A stretch of 64,000 nt of DNA from positions 1 through 64,000 of IMG/VR virus record IMGVR_UViG_3300028887_000083, one strand, 5' to 3'. This DNA is from a virus. Its lineage: Duplodnaviria; Caudoviricetes. The notes beneath the pieces were generated by a model that saw only the letters and a program-made list of their open reading frames with translations, made no database searches and was not told the DNA's origin. Made by a program: the position numbers and the translations under genes. How positions within the stretch are numbered: position 1 is the stretch's first letter; every line of letters begins with the position of its first letter. This document shows positions 19,488-28,365 of this stretch, in pieces.

Positions 19488-21200
19488 ATGAATGAAAACA
19501 AACTTTTAACAACAAGTGAAGTTGCAAAGAAATTGGGTGTGACGCCTGATTGTATCAGAAAATGGGATGAAAGCGGTGTATTGAAAGCCGATTACACAAC
19601 TGAAGGTGGACACAGGAAATACAAGGAGTCCACGGTGAACGAATACTTGGAAAAAGATACTTTGGGTAGTTTTAATGTAATGATGACAAATGTTAGGGAG
19701 GAATGGGCAAAGAAAAAATATGTAGATTTGTCAGAAAAAATTGAGGAAAGAACAAATTCATATTTGACTGATGAAAAAAACAAAACATGCATGCCTGTTG
19801 TGAGATTGGGTGATGATGACACTATTGCCTTAGTAAAAGATGGTTTTATAGTAAGAACCGGTTTTTACCTTTCCGGACATCCTTTTTTAAGCGACGCCAA
19901 GTATACTACTGACATGAAAACGCGGTATGAATATATGTCAGCTTTAAATGGTAAATCTAATCCTACATTAGAAAAGTGGATGGAATATGATATTGATAAT
20001 GTGTGGGCATATATAAATTGGGAGTACTATACTGTTAAAGATTTTTCTTTTCAAAGATTAAGTTCCGAACAATTCATAAAAATAATTTTAGAAGAAAACT
20101 TTGAGGGGATAATTCATAACCATAAAGATGAATTAAAATCAAACAAATATTCGGTTCAAGGATATGAAAGGTATATCACTTGTTTTGCAAAACAGGTGAT
20201 GGATTACTATCTTATCAAACATCATGATGAGTTCGATTATGATAATGAGGATTTTCGGACATGGTTTAAAAAGGGAGACTATGCAGTACTTCGTGTTATT
20301 TTTAAAAGTGGGATTTACACATTCCGTTTTGAAAATAATTCATCCAATTGGATGAGCATTCATGTTTTTGATGAATGTAAGTTCAACAAAATAATGAATG
20401 CTTTTAAACATAATCTTATAAAATGTGAACTTTCAGATAGTAGAGTTGGTTATGTGGATGATATTATTGACGAGGTATTCGGTGACGTGAAGGAAGATGA
20501 AGATAGTGAAAAAAGTGATATTATTGTTGATGCATCATTCATGGCACGTGTGGAGGGATTCAACCAAACGGTTGATATAAGTGAGAATGATATGTTAAAA
20601 TTAGGTGATAAAATGAATAATTTAGAGTGTGTATTTTTGGATGAAATGAGTAAAAATGGCATAGTATGTGTAGATGATACAACCCCCATTTCATTTGCGC
20701 TCGGGCGGACTGATAAAAAAACTGACATCGAGGTCGGAGGTTTAAAGAAATGGCAAACAAGATTACATGTAAAACATACCAAGGAATATGATAATGATAA
20801 GCAAGCATATCTTCTTAAAGCATTGAAAGAGAAACTTGATACATGCAAATACCTTGTATTGGATGAGAACTATGAGACCAAGTTTATCGAACCTAATACA
20901 GATTTGAATGATGAAAACAAGGTGTGGAAGGAAAATGAACTTAAACATCTTGACTTTCCCATCATACATGAGTTTAAGGACAATGCAGAACATAATAGGG
21001 TTGTGAGACGAGTTGTATTTTGTCCGTGCTGTGGTAATACCCTACATAGCAAAACCCCAACGATGTACAATCCTTTCTCAATGGAAAGTCAAGCTGTGTG
21101 TGTATGTGACCGATGTGGAAAAACAGTCAAAACTGAACATGCGTATCCTCGTCTTGTATTTAAAGATGTAAACGGAGATGACTTGAAAGTTTGGATGTAA
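19488..21200 (+). CDS. MerR/IS607-type HTH fused to an unknown domain with C-terminal Zn ribbon
   Basis: LLTTSEVAKKLGVTPDCIRKWDESG...TEGGHRKY; no YARVS resolvase motif; CPCC...CDRC near the C-terminus. Confidence 0.75.
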   Translation: MNENKLLTTSEVAKKLGVTPDCIRKWDESGVLKADYTTEGGHRKYKESTVNEYLEKDTLGSFNVMMTNVREEWAKKKYVDLSEKIEERTNSYLTDEKNKTCMPVVRLGDDDTIALVKDGFIVRTGFYLSGHPFLSDAKYTTDMKTRYEYMSALNGKSNPTLEKWMEYDIDNVWAYINWEYYTVKDFSFQRLSSEQFIKIILEENFEGIIHNHKDELKSNKYSVQGYERYITCFAKQVMDYYLIKHHDEFDYDNEDFRTWFKKGDYAVLRVIFKSGIYTFRFENNSSNWMSIHVFDECKFNKIMNAFKHNLIKCELSDSRVGYVDDIIDEVFGDVKEDEDSEKSDIIVDASFMARVEGFNQTVDISENDMLKLGDKMNNLECVFLDEMSKNGIVCVDDTTPISFALGRTDKKTDIEVGGLKKWQTRLHVKHTKEYDNDKQAYLLKALKEKLDTCKYLVLDENYETKFIEPNTDLNDENKVWKENELKHLDFPIIHEFKDNAEHNRVVRRVVFCPCCGNTLHSKTPTMYNPFSMESQAVCVCDRCGKTVKTEHAYPRLVFKDVNGDDLKVWM

Positions 21201-21222
21201 TTGATTAATAGGTATAAAAACT

Positions 21223-21256
21223 AAAACCCTCCTGAAAAATCGGGAGGGTTTTTTTA
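21223..21256. terminator. Bidirectional terminator
   Basis: AAAACCCTCCTGA..TCGGGAGGGTTTTTT between convergent genes. Confidence 0.8.
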
Positions 21257-21284
21257 TGAGAAAAAAAGAACTTGTAAATTTAGA

Positions 21285-21725
21285 TTAATCGTCATGCCAA
21301 TCAGTGTTAGAAATATAAAGATTTCTTATCTTTCCACGACCACCGAATTCAGGAAAAAACCACTGAGGACATAAAACCAAGCGATAACCGTTATTTTTGT
21401 TATCAAAATAATATGCCTGATGCGGGCGACTTGAACCACTATATTCATAGCCTTCTTTATTAAGAAGTTCTCCTACTTTATTAAAATCTACAATTTTATC
21501 ATATATTCTCTCACCATTAAAGAGCGTGTTCTTAATAAGTCTTATCAAACGTACTTCTTCATCTTCGTGGTCTAAAGCAATTTTAGCCGCCTCCATTTCA
21601 GGGTCGTCACCAAAATCAGACATCATATTGCGCGGGTCAACACCAATATTTTGCAGTGTATTGACAACACCTTCCTTAATAATGGTTTTGAGTTCATGTT
21701 CATTCAATCTGATAATCTTTTTCAT
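21285..21725 (-). CDS. Hypothetical protein with conserved N-terminal leader
   Basis: MKKIIRLNEHELKTIIKEGV. Confidence 0.75.
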   Translation of the reverse strand: MKKIIRLNEHELKTIIKEGVVNTLQNIGVDPRNMMSDFGDDPEMEAAKIALDHEDEEVRLIRLIKNTLFNGERIYDKIVDFNKVGELLNKEGYEYSGSSRPHQAYYFDNKNNGYRLVLCPQWFFPEFGGRGKIRNLYISNTDWHDD

Positions 21726-21744
21726 TACTTAAAGAATTTTAGGC

Positions 21745-22158
21745 TTATTTCTGTCCGTTGCCTTTTGCCTGTGTCTCGATAGGTTTATCAACTGTGGATA
21801 AAAGTTTCGACAACATTTGATACTCAGCAGTTTCAGGTTTTTGTGCGAGTTTTGCAAGTCCCTTGATAACTGCAAGACGTATGTTTGAAAGAATTTCCTT
21901 AACCTCAGGGTCGGCAACCTGTTCACTTGGGACCTGTCCCTGTATTGGAGTCATATCACCACCGTTATCCATAGGTTGAGGCTCATCCATTGGTTCATTC
22001 GGAAGCGGGGCTGTGTCATAACCCGGGTTGTCCGTTTCGTTTTCGCTTGGTGAGTTGAAAACCATTTCCATCAGGGTCTGTCTTCTGTTCTTGGCAGGTT
22101 TAACGCCGTGCAAATCCTGTCTCAGTTCGTTTATAAGTTGTCTTGTATTTTTTGCCAT
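21745..22158 (-). CDS. Hypothetical protein with Pro/Asp/Met-rich linker
   Basis: PMDEPQPMDNGGDM; LINE motif. Confidence 0.7.
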   Translation of the reverse strand: MAKNTRQLINELRQDLHGVKPAKNRRQTLMEMVFNSPSENETDNPGYDTAPLPNEPMDEPQPMDNGGDMTPIQGQVPSEQVADPEVKEILSNIRLAVIKGLAKLAQKPETAEYQMLSKLLSTVDKPIETQAKGNGQK

Positions 22159-22178
22159 TGTGATATATGCTTTATTTG

Positions 22179-22418
22179 TTAATTATTTTCGTTTGGGGTT
22201 ATATCCAATGCACTCAAAGCCTCTCCTATAATATCTTCTCTTTTGGAAATAAGTTGGTTGAGGATGTCACGTTTTTGTTTGTATTCCGCCAATTGTTCTT
22301 CCGACATGTGGGAAACACTGTCGTTCACCATGCCCATCATGCTTTCGTTTGAAAACATCTCACTGCTGTATATGTCGATAAGTTTCTGACAGAGTTCAAG
22401 TTGGTCAAGTTGTTCCAT
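22179..22418 (-). CDS. Hypothetical protein
   Basis: 79 aa ORF in the minus-strand operon. Confidence 0.65.
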   Translation of the reverse strand: MEQLDQLELCQKLIDIYSSEMFSNESMMGMVNDSVSHMSEEQLAEYKQKRDILNQLISKREDIIGEALSALDITPNENN

Positions 22419-22458
22419 AAATTAATAAATGTTTTATATTATAATAAATATCGGACAA

Positions 22459-22851
22459 TTAATATTTTGACAGTTTGTCAAATGTTGCGAGAAACTTGTA
22501 TTTGGCAAGGTCACCCTTGAAGTCGTCTATTGCTGATATAATCCCCTTATATTCATCTTTATTGGAGAATGTATTGGAGAGTGATGTGAGGATGTCATCC
22601 ACGTATTCGCAGAGGTCACCAATATGTTCAGCGTTCCTTATGTCATGTTTAAGTGAGAAGTCACTGAAGGCAGGCTTGCCGTCGGTTCCGAAAAACTGTT
22701 CTGCAAGTGTGTCTGCAAATTCCACGATACCGTCCCTTACCTCGTCACACAGTTCGTGTTCGTGATTGGTGTCGGTTGAGTAGTGTATCATCTTTGTCAT
22801 GTCGGCATAGAGGTACAGTTTCATTATCTCGTCGCAAATTTTCTGTTTCAT
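22459..22851 (-). CDS. Ferritin/Dps-like four-helix protein (DUF5856-like)
   Basis: KMIHYST...HEHELCDE...ADTLAEQFFG...KYKFL resembles the Dps-like H-x-H/D/E pattern. Confidence 0.55.
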   Translation of the reverse strand: MKQKICDEIMKLYLYADMTKMIHYSTDTNHEHELCDEVRDGIVEFADTLAEQFFGTDGKPAFSDFSLKHDIRNAEHIGDLCEYVDDILTSLSNTFSNKDEYKGIISAIDDFKGDLAKYKFLATFDKLSKY

Positions 22852-22926
22852 TTAAATGTGTTTTTATATAAATATAGTGAAAAAACAAAGAAATAACTAT
22901 ATATTATATTAACATTCTTTTATTTT

Positions 22927-23499
22927 ATGATAAAACAGCCGTCAAGAAAAGGTGCAAAGAAAAAGGTCAGGAAGCCCGTGGTGAAAAAGAAAGGTGGGAC
23001 TCGGAAAAAGAGTCAGGATTACGGGGTGTCTAAACTCGAGTCCGACTTTGCCCACAATTTCCTTGACAAGATGAAACTGAACTACGTTTATGAATACGAG
23101 GCAAAGGAAATAGGGAGATTTTATGACTTTGCGATAGTGGCGATACCCACGAATGTTGAATTGATAATGGAGGAGAAAAACGGCGTTTCGGCAATTTCAC
23201 AGAACAGGAACGATGTGCGTGTATTGTTTCTCTTGGAAATTGATGGTGACTATTTTCACTCCAATCCCAAATATTTTGGCAAAAAAGATTTGTCTCCTAT
23301 GCAGAAACACAACAAGTTTGTGGACAAACTCAAGGATGAGTGGTGCGAGAAGCACAAGATACCGTTATTGAGGATATGGGAGGATGACATACGGAATAAT
23401 CCCAAGGCGGTGTTCAAGATGATTGATGAAGTAATTGAAAAGTTGGACAAACTTGACAGGATAAAGGCAAATATAAACAAACCGCACAGAAAACGTTGA
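22927..23499 (+). CDS. Vsr/DUF559-like PD-(D/E)XK endonuclease
   Basis: FYDF...LEIDGDYFH...DKLK...IPLLRIWEDD; Lys-rich N-terminus. Confidence 0.8.
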   Translation: MIKQPSRKGAKKKVRKPVVKKKGGTRKKSQDYGVSKLESDFAHNFLDKMKLNYVYEYEAKEIGRFYDFAIVAIPTNVELIMEEKNGVSAISQNRNDVRVLFLLEIDGDYFHSNPKYFGKKDLSPMQKHNKFVDKLKDEWCEKHKIPLLRIWEDDIRNNPKAVFKMIDEVIEKLDKLDRIKANINKPHRKR

Positions 23500-23545
23500 A
23501 AAAAATAAACAAAAAATATAAATTAATAATAAAAGCATCATACAA

Positions 23546-23743
23546 ATGGAAATGGAACCTAAATACAGCATGAACGACATCGTTTATTTCACAAACGAGA
23601 AGGGTAACTATTGTTGCGGTGTCGTGATTGGGATATACAACGTTGGATATTGCGTTGTGTACGACATTGAGATAAACGACGACTACCTCGGATATGTCGT
23701 GAAGCGTGGTGTGGACGAAAAAATGATGAGTGTGAAAAAATAA
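23546..23743 (+). CDS. Small hypothetical (SH3-like) protein
   Basis: PKYSMNDIVYF...GVVIGI pattern. Confidence 0.55.
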   Translation: MEMEPKYSMNDIVYFTNEKGNYCCGVVIGIYNVGYCVVYDIEINDDYLGYVVKRGVDEKMMSVKK

Positions 23744-23763
23744 CGGATAAAGAAAGAAAATGT

Positions 23764-24378
23764 ATGAACGCATGTAACGGAAAGGATTCGACAATTTCAC
23801 TCTTGGTGCCGTACAGCAACGGGGACGCCGAGAAGGGGTTTGTATATTCGGGCGGTGACATAACCGAACAGCAATACAGCCGCATGATGATAGACACATA
23901 CAACAAGTACAAGGACGGTGTGCGTGAGATGTACACCGAGCGTTGCGGCTACAATATGGCTATCAACAACTTTGACAAGGAGATTGTGAAATATACACAG
24001 CAACAGTTCTTCTATGACGAGACCAAGGTGAACATATACAACGGTGACGGCTCGGCGATGACGATTGACGAGTTGATTGGGCACTTTCAGGCTGAGAGAC
24101 CGTTCATCATGGTCATTAACATGTACAAGATGGGCGATAACAGTTCACTTGAAAGTGATATGAAGGTATGGATGAGGGAATGCCTTAAGATTACGAGAAA
24201 TCCGATGTTCAGTGAGGTTGAGAAGATACAGTACCTTTCCAAGAAAAACATGAAGATAAAGTTCGACGACGCAAAGTCGAGTGCAGTACTTTACAACTGC
24301 AAGATGGTTGACGTGAAGAACAACACCACGTTTGTTTTCATTGTCGAGAAGATAATATTTGTTACAGACGGAAAATAA
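23764..24378 (+). CDS. Hypothetical protein
   Basis: 204 aa ORF in the plus-strand run. Confidence 0.7.
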   Translation: MNACNGKDSTISLLVPYSNGDAEKGFVYSGGDITEQQYSRMMIDTYNKYKDGVREMYTERCGYNMAINNFDKEIVKYTQQQFFYDETKVNIYNGDGSAMTIDELIGHFQAERPFIMVINMYKMGDNSSLESDMKVWMRECLKITRNPMFSEVEKIQYLSKKNMKIKFDDAKSSAVLYNCKMVDVKNNTTFVFIVEKIIFVTDGK

Positions 24379-24402
24379 AGGAGAAAAAAAATATAATAGA
24401 AT

Positions 24403-24855
24403 ATGAATGAAGAAACAATAAAAGATGTTTCGGATGAAACGATAAAAAATGTTTCAGATGAAACAAAAGAGGTAACCGAAAACACATCGTTTGCCGAATT
24501 ACCGCTAAATGATTTTCTAAAAAACTTCAAGTTAGGTGAAGATATAAAAAAAGAATATAATATAAACGGTAATGATACAACAAAGAAGAAAAAACCATCA
24601 TTATTGATAAAGAGTCTATTGGAAAAGTGTGATTTTTTATCAACACACAGAAAGAAGCAACATAGCCCTGAATTAGAAAGAATGAAAGAACTGAACAGAA
24701 TTCTTTGTAGGGGGGAGAAATTTGTATCATTAAAAAGTAAACTTGTTGATTACAGCAACGAAATACAAAGACATAGTGATGAAATTGCCAAACTGACAAA
24801 GGAACAAAACGAAAAAATAAGACAATTTATGAATAATAATAACGATATATTATAA
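24403..24855 (+). CDS. Hypothetical protein with N-terminal 8-aa tandem repeat
   Basis: EETIKDVS-DETIKNVS-DETKEV. Confidence 0.65.
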   Translation: MNEETIKDVSDETIKNVSDETKEVTENTSFAELPLNDFLKNFKLGEDIKKEYNINGNDTTKKKKPSLLIKSLLEKCDFLSTHRKKQHSPELERMKELNRILCRGEKFVSLKSKLVDYSNEIQRHSDEIAKLTKEQNEKIRQFMNNNNDIL

Positions 24856-24860
24856 ATAAA

Positions 24861-25220
24861 ATGAGCATAATAGACTATTACAGGGAAAAACTCGATTCGG
24901 AACGTGAAATCGAGATACCGATGACCGACGAGGAGGAAATTGCCGCACAGGGTGAGTATGACAGATGGAAACAAGGTAACAGAAAGATTGAGGAGGACAT
25001 TGACCGCTTCATGAGAAACAAGATTGGTGCAATAACCGCAATCATGGAACTTAGTGACAGGATGCGTGTGGTGAACGGTGACAAGGTTGTCATTGATGAT
25101 AAGAAGAAAGACGAACCGAGAAACGACAACAGTGAGGAGATACGACTCCTGAAAGAGCAGAACGCACTGCTTAAAGAATTATTGCTTAAAAATTCAAACA
25201 ACAATGAATGCAACAGATAA
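24861..25220 (+). CDS. Hypothetical protein
   Basis: 119 aa ORF, coiled-coil C-terminus. Confidence 0.65.
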   Translation: MSIIDYYREKLDSEREIEIPMTDEEEIAAQGEYDRWKQGNRKIEEDIDRFMRNKIGAITAIMELSDRMRVVNGDKVVIDDKKKDEPRNDNSEEIRLLKEQNALLKELLLKNSNNNECNR

Positions 25221-26505
25221 AATGAATCATTTTGAATCATCATGTTCCGAGGATTTCAAGAATAAAAAGAAACAGGGACAACGTTCCATTGAGGAAATCA
25301 AAAAAGGTTGTGAAGAAAACCTTAAAGACGTGACCAACCAAATGCTTGCAGATATTCTTTCCAAATATGCTGACAAGTTGGATAACACACGGAAGAAAAT
25401 GATAGAAGAAGCAATGAAGGAAAACGAGGAACTTGACGAGTTTGCAAAAATACAGCAGAATACTGAGGACAGTTACAATATGATGAATTTGCAACTCGGG
25501 AGACTTTGGGAAATAAGGGAAGATGAACCGTTTTTCTTCACAAGAAAGATGTATGACATCATGACAAGCATCGGAAACAGGAATACCAACACCCTTGTAT
25601 TGAAGACAAGGCAGTGTGGAATGACCACATTGATGTGCATGTACACACTCCTGTATTTCAAGATGCACAGGAACGAGGGTAAAACCGTGTACATTGTTTC
25701 ACAGAAAAAAGCACAAACAACATGTATCATATCAAAACTATCAAGATACTATGGTGAAAAGGATATGTTAAAGTCATCAGACCGTGGCTGCATTGTTGAT
25801 GAGATATGTGGTAACTATGTGTGCTATCTGAGTTCATATATGGATTTAAAAAACCTCAAAATAAACGAACCCGATATCGTTTTCTTGGATGAAACCGCCT
25901 TTTGGGGCGCAAACGAGAAGAAAAAATGGGAAGAATACATTCATAGTTTCAAGGAATACCCGAAAGTTGTCGAGACAACGACTATCAATCCTAAAGACAG
26001 GACGGCTTTCGATGAACTGATGGTTCCCAAGACAGGTGTATATCCTTATATGCCTGACATGTGCCTTGACACTGTTGACGGTTCTACAAGTTATGACGTG
26101 TGTGCTCCTGTTGAAGTGTTCTTTGTCAATTGGTATGAAACACAGTGGGGCATAAAGGAGGGTATAACCTTCACGAGGGATATAAACGGCACCGAAATCA
26201 AGATACAGATGCAGGCTGACGACGTCAAGAAGATGCTTGTCGAGCCAAGCGGTGTCATTAAGACATTGACACACGAGGGGTGGAAACTTACATCCCCGAC
26301 ATTGGAGAAAATGATGTCTTTACGTGCCTGTAATAATGAAGATGAAAACATTGAACGCAGTTTTAAAGACTTGTACAAGAATACAATCATGAAAAATGCT
26401 TCACGCTTGACTAAAAAAGAGGCTCTTGAAATCACAATGGAGGATATTATCTCGATTTTCACCAATCCCTTGTTCTGGGAAAGCGTTTTTGAAAAAGAAA
26501 AATAA
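25204..26505 (+). CDS. Terminase-large-subunit-like ATPase (divergent, apparently without nuclease domain)
   Basis: VLKTRQCGMTT (terminase-type Walker A), VFLDETAFW (Walker B), TTT motif. Confidence 0.65.
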   Translation: MNATDKMNHFESSCSEDFKNKKKQGQRSIEEIKKGCEENLKDVTNQMLADILSKYADKLDNTRKKMIEEAMKENEELDEFAKIQQNTEDSYNMMNLQLGRLWEIREDEPFFFTRKMYDIMTSIGNRNTNTLVLKTRQCGMTTLMCMYTLLYFKMHRNEGKTVYIVSQKKAQTTCIISKLSRYYGEKDMLKSSDRGCIVDEICGNYVCYLSSYMDLKNLKINEPDIVFLDETAFWGANEKKKWEEYIHSFKEYPKVVETTTINPKDRTAFDELMVPKTGVYPYMPDMCLDTVDGSTSYDVCAPVEVFFVNWYETQWGIKEGITFTRDINGTEIKIQMQADDVKKMLVEPSGVIKTLTHEGWKLTSPTLEKMMSLRACNNEDENIERSFKDLYKNTIMKNASRLTKKEALEITMEDIISIFTNPLFWESVFEKEK

Positions 26506-26533
26506 ACTACATATAATTAAAATATAGACTTAT

Positions 26534-28138
26534 ATGGCAACAAAAAAGGAAAAAGAGGCAAAACAGGCTAAACTCGACGAGGAAAAATACCGCAGGAGTA
26601 GTCAAATCGCCATTATCAAGGCATCCAATCAAATGATTGAGGAAGCCAAGGAGTTGGTTGAGGAGAAACTTGGCGGTGACGAGCGCCAACTGTACAAAAT
26701 GCGCAAACTCCTTGACGAGGCACAGGACGAAAACCTTTCAACAGGTAAGAATTATCTCCAAGCCACACCCGAGGAGATTGAGAACAGTGTGTATACTGAG
26801 GCAAACGACTATTACAAGAACAAATATCAGAAGCATCTTGAGGATAGGGGTGTTACCGACGAGGAACTTCGCAACAAGAGTTACGGTACGCCTGTCGGAA
26901 GCAAGGCTCAGGTTGTAATGAGTGCCGACAGCAAGAAAAAGGAGGATAAAAAATGGTATTCGTTCATGAAAACCAAGTCCGAGAAGACCAAGGACGGTGA
27001 GGAAATTATATCCGAGATTAACCAAAGCAAGAGAACCATCAAGGGTGAGGGTTACTATGACGATGGTGACGACATCAAGGACGGCGGTGACATTATGAAG
27101 GACATTATCAAGAATAATGAGACTGTTTCTGAGAAACCGTCGGTTAAGGAAAAGGAGGAACAGAACAGCAGCATCAACCAAAAGATTGAGGAAAGGATTG
27201 ACCTAGGTTTGGTTGGTGAAACGAAGGAGTATCCTGACTTTGACCCGTCTGCCGTGAACCCGATGACAAGGTATGACATTATCGAACTCCCGTCACACGG
27301 TGAATGCTATGCCCACAAGAAGGGTAGAATCCCAGTTAGGGAACTCACTGCTTCGGATGAAAACCTCATCGCTTCCCCCAACATGTATACCAATGGTCAG
27401 TTGATTGACACAATTCTCAAAAGGTGTATTCTCGACAAGAATTTCAGTGTTGAGGACATGTGCACAGGTGACAGGGACGCTGTTGTACTATGGTTAAGAA
27501 GTACCGCCTACGGTCCTGAGTATACAATGTCAGCCCGTCATCCTGAGACAGGAAAGGAATATACTTCAACTATCAATTTAGGTGAGTTCAGATATAAGGA
27601 TTTCAACCTCAAGGGTGATGAGAACGGGCATTTTACCTATTCATTTAAAAATGGTGATATTGCCAAATTCAAGATACTTTCAAACAAAGAGATTGACGAG
27701 TTGCAGCGTGAAACAGCGTTGAAATACATTAATCAAGAAAAGTTTATTGTCTACGAGAAGATAACCGCCATTGAAATGCAGGTTAAGGAAATATTCAAGC
27801 GTGATACAGCAGATAACACTTTAAATGATGCAATTGATTATATAAAGGAGTGGGCAAACAAGGATAGTGTTAAGGAATATGGTGACACACTTTATACTAA
27901 TTTCGTTACCAATTCACTTATAAGGAGAACGGTTAGTATTAACGGTAATGATGACCCTGAATATGTGTCAGAATATATAAATAACCTCCGCTTGTCGGAA
28001 TCACAGGCATATCGCAAATATCTGTTTGAGAATGTTCCTGGTTTTGATTTTTCAGTGGAGATACAAATTCCTGAGTCCGACGGAGGTGGCTCGTTTGAAA
28101 GTACCTTTCAATATGGGAATTATATATTTATTGCTTAG
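26534..28138 (+). CDS. Baseplate hub/tail assembly protein (T4 gp26-like C-terminal half)
   Basis: YDIIELPSHGECY...LTASDENLI...GDRDAVVLWLRSTAYGPEY; lies upstream of the tape measure gene. Confidence 0.75.
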   Translation: MATKKEKEAKQAKLDEEKYRRSSQIAIIKASNQMIEEAKELVEEKLGGDERQLYKMRKLLDEAQDENLSTGKNYLQATPEEIENSVYTEANDYYKNKYQKHLEDRGVTDEELRNKSYGTPVGSKAQVVMSADSKKKEDKKWYSFMKTKSEKTKDGEEIISEINQSKRTIKGEGYYDDGDDIKDGGDIMKDIIKNNETVSEKPSVKEKEEQNSSINQKIEERIDLGLVGETKEYPDFDPSAVNPMTRYDIIELPSHGECYAHKKGRIPVRELTASDENLIASPNMYTNGQLIDTILKRCILDKNFSVEDMCTGDRDAVVLWLRSTAYGPEYTMSARHPETGKEYTSTINLGEFRYKDFNLKGDENGHFTYSFKNGDIAKFKILSNKEIDELQRETALKYINQEKFIVYEKITAIEMQVKEIFKRDTADNTLNDAIDYIKEWANKDSVKEYGDTLYTNFVTNSLIRRTVSINGNDDPEYVSEYINNLRLSESQAYRKYLFENVPGFDFSVEIQIPESDGGGSFESTFQYGNYIFIA

Positions 28139-28301
28139 TCATATCAATGAAAAACAGTTTAAATATGATATGTGGCTTTGTCACGCATACATGAAAATGA
28201 GAATGGAGGACATTTATAATCTCCCCGTAAGCGACAGGAAGGATTTTATAAGGATACACAACAAGGTTACAAAGGAACAGAATGAAAAAATGAAAAAATA
28301 A
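28113..28301 (+). CDS. Small tail/baseplate assembly protein (gp51-like or frameshift extension)
   Basis: DMWLCHAYMKMRMEDIYNLPVSDRKDFI; overlaps the previous gene in its +1 frame; start uncertain. Confidence 0.6.
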   Translation: MGIIYLLLSHINEKQFKYDMWLCHAYMKMRMEDIYNLPVSDRKDFIRIHNKVTKEQNEKMKK

Positions 28302-28365
28302 GGGGAAAGAAATTCCCCTTTTTTATTTATTGGTATTTATTATATAGAGAAATAGCAGATACAAT

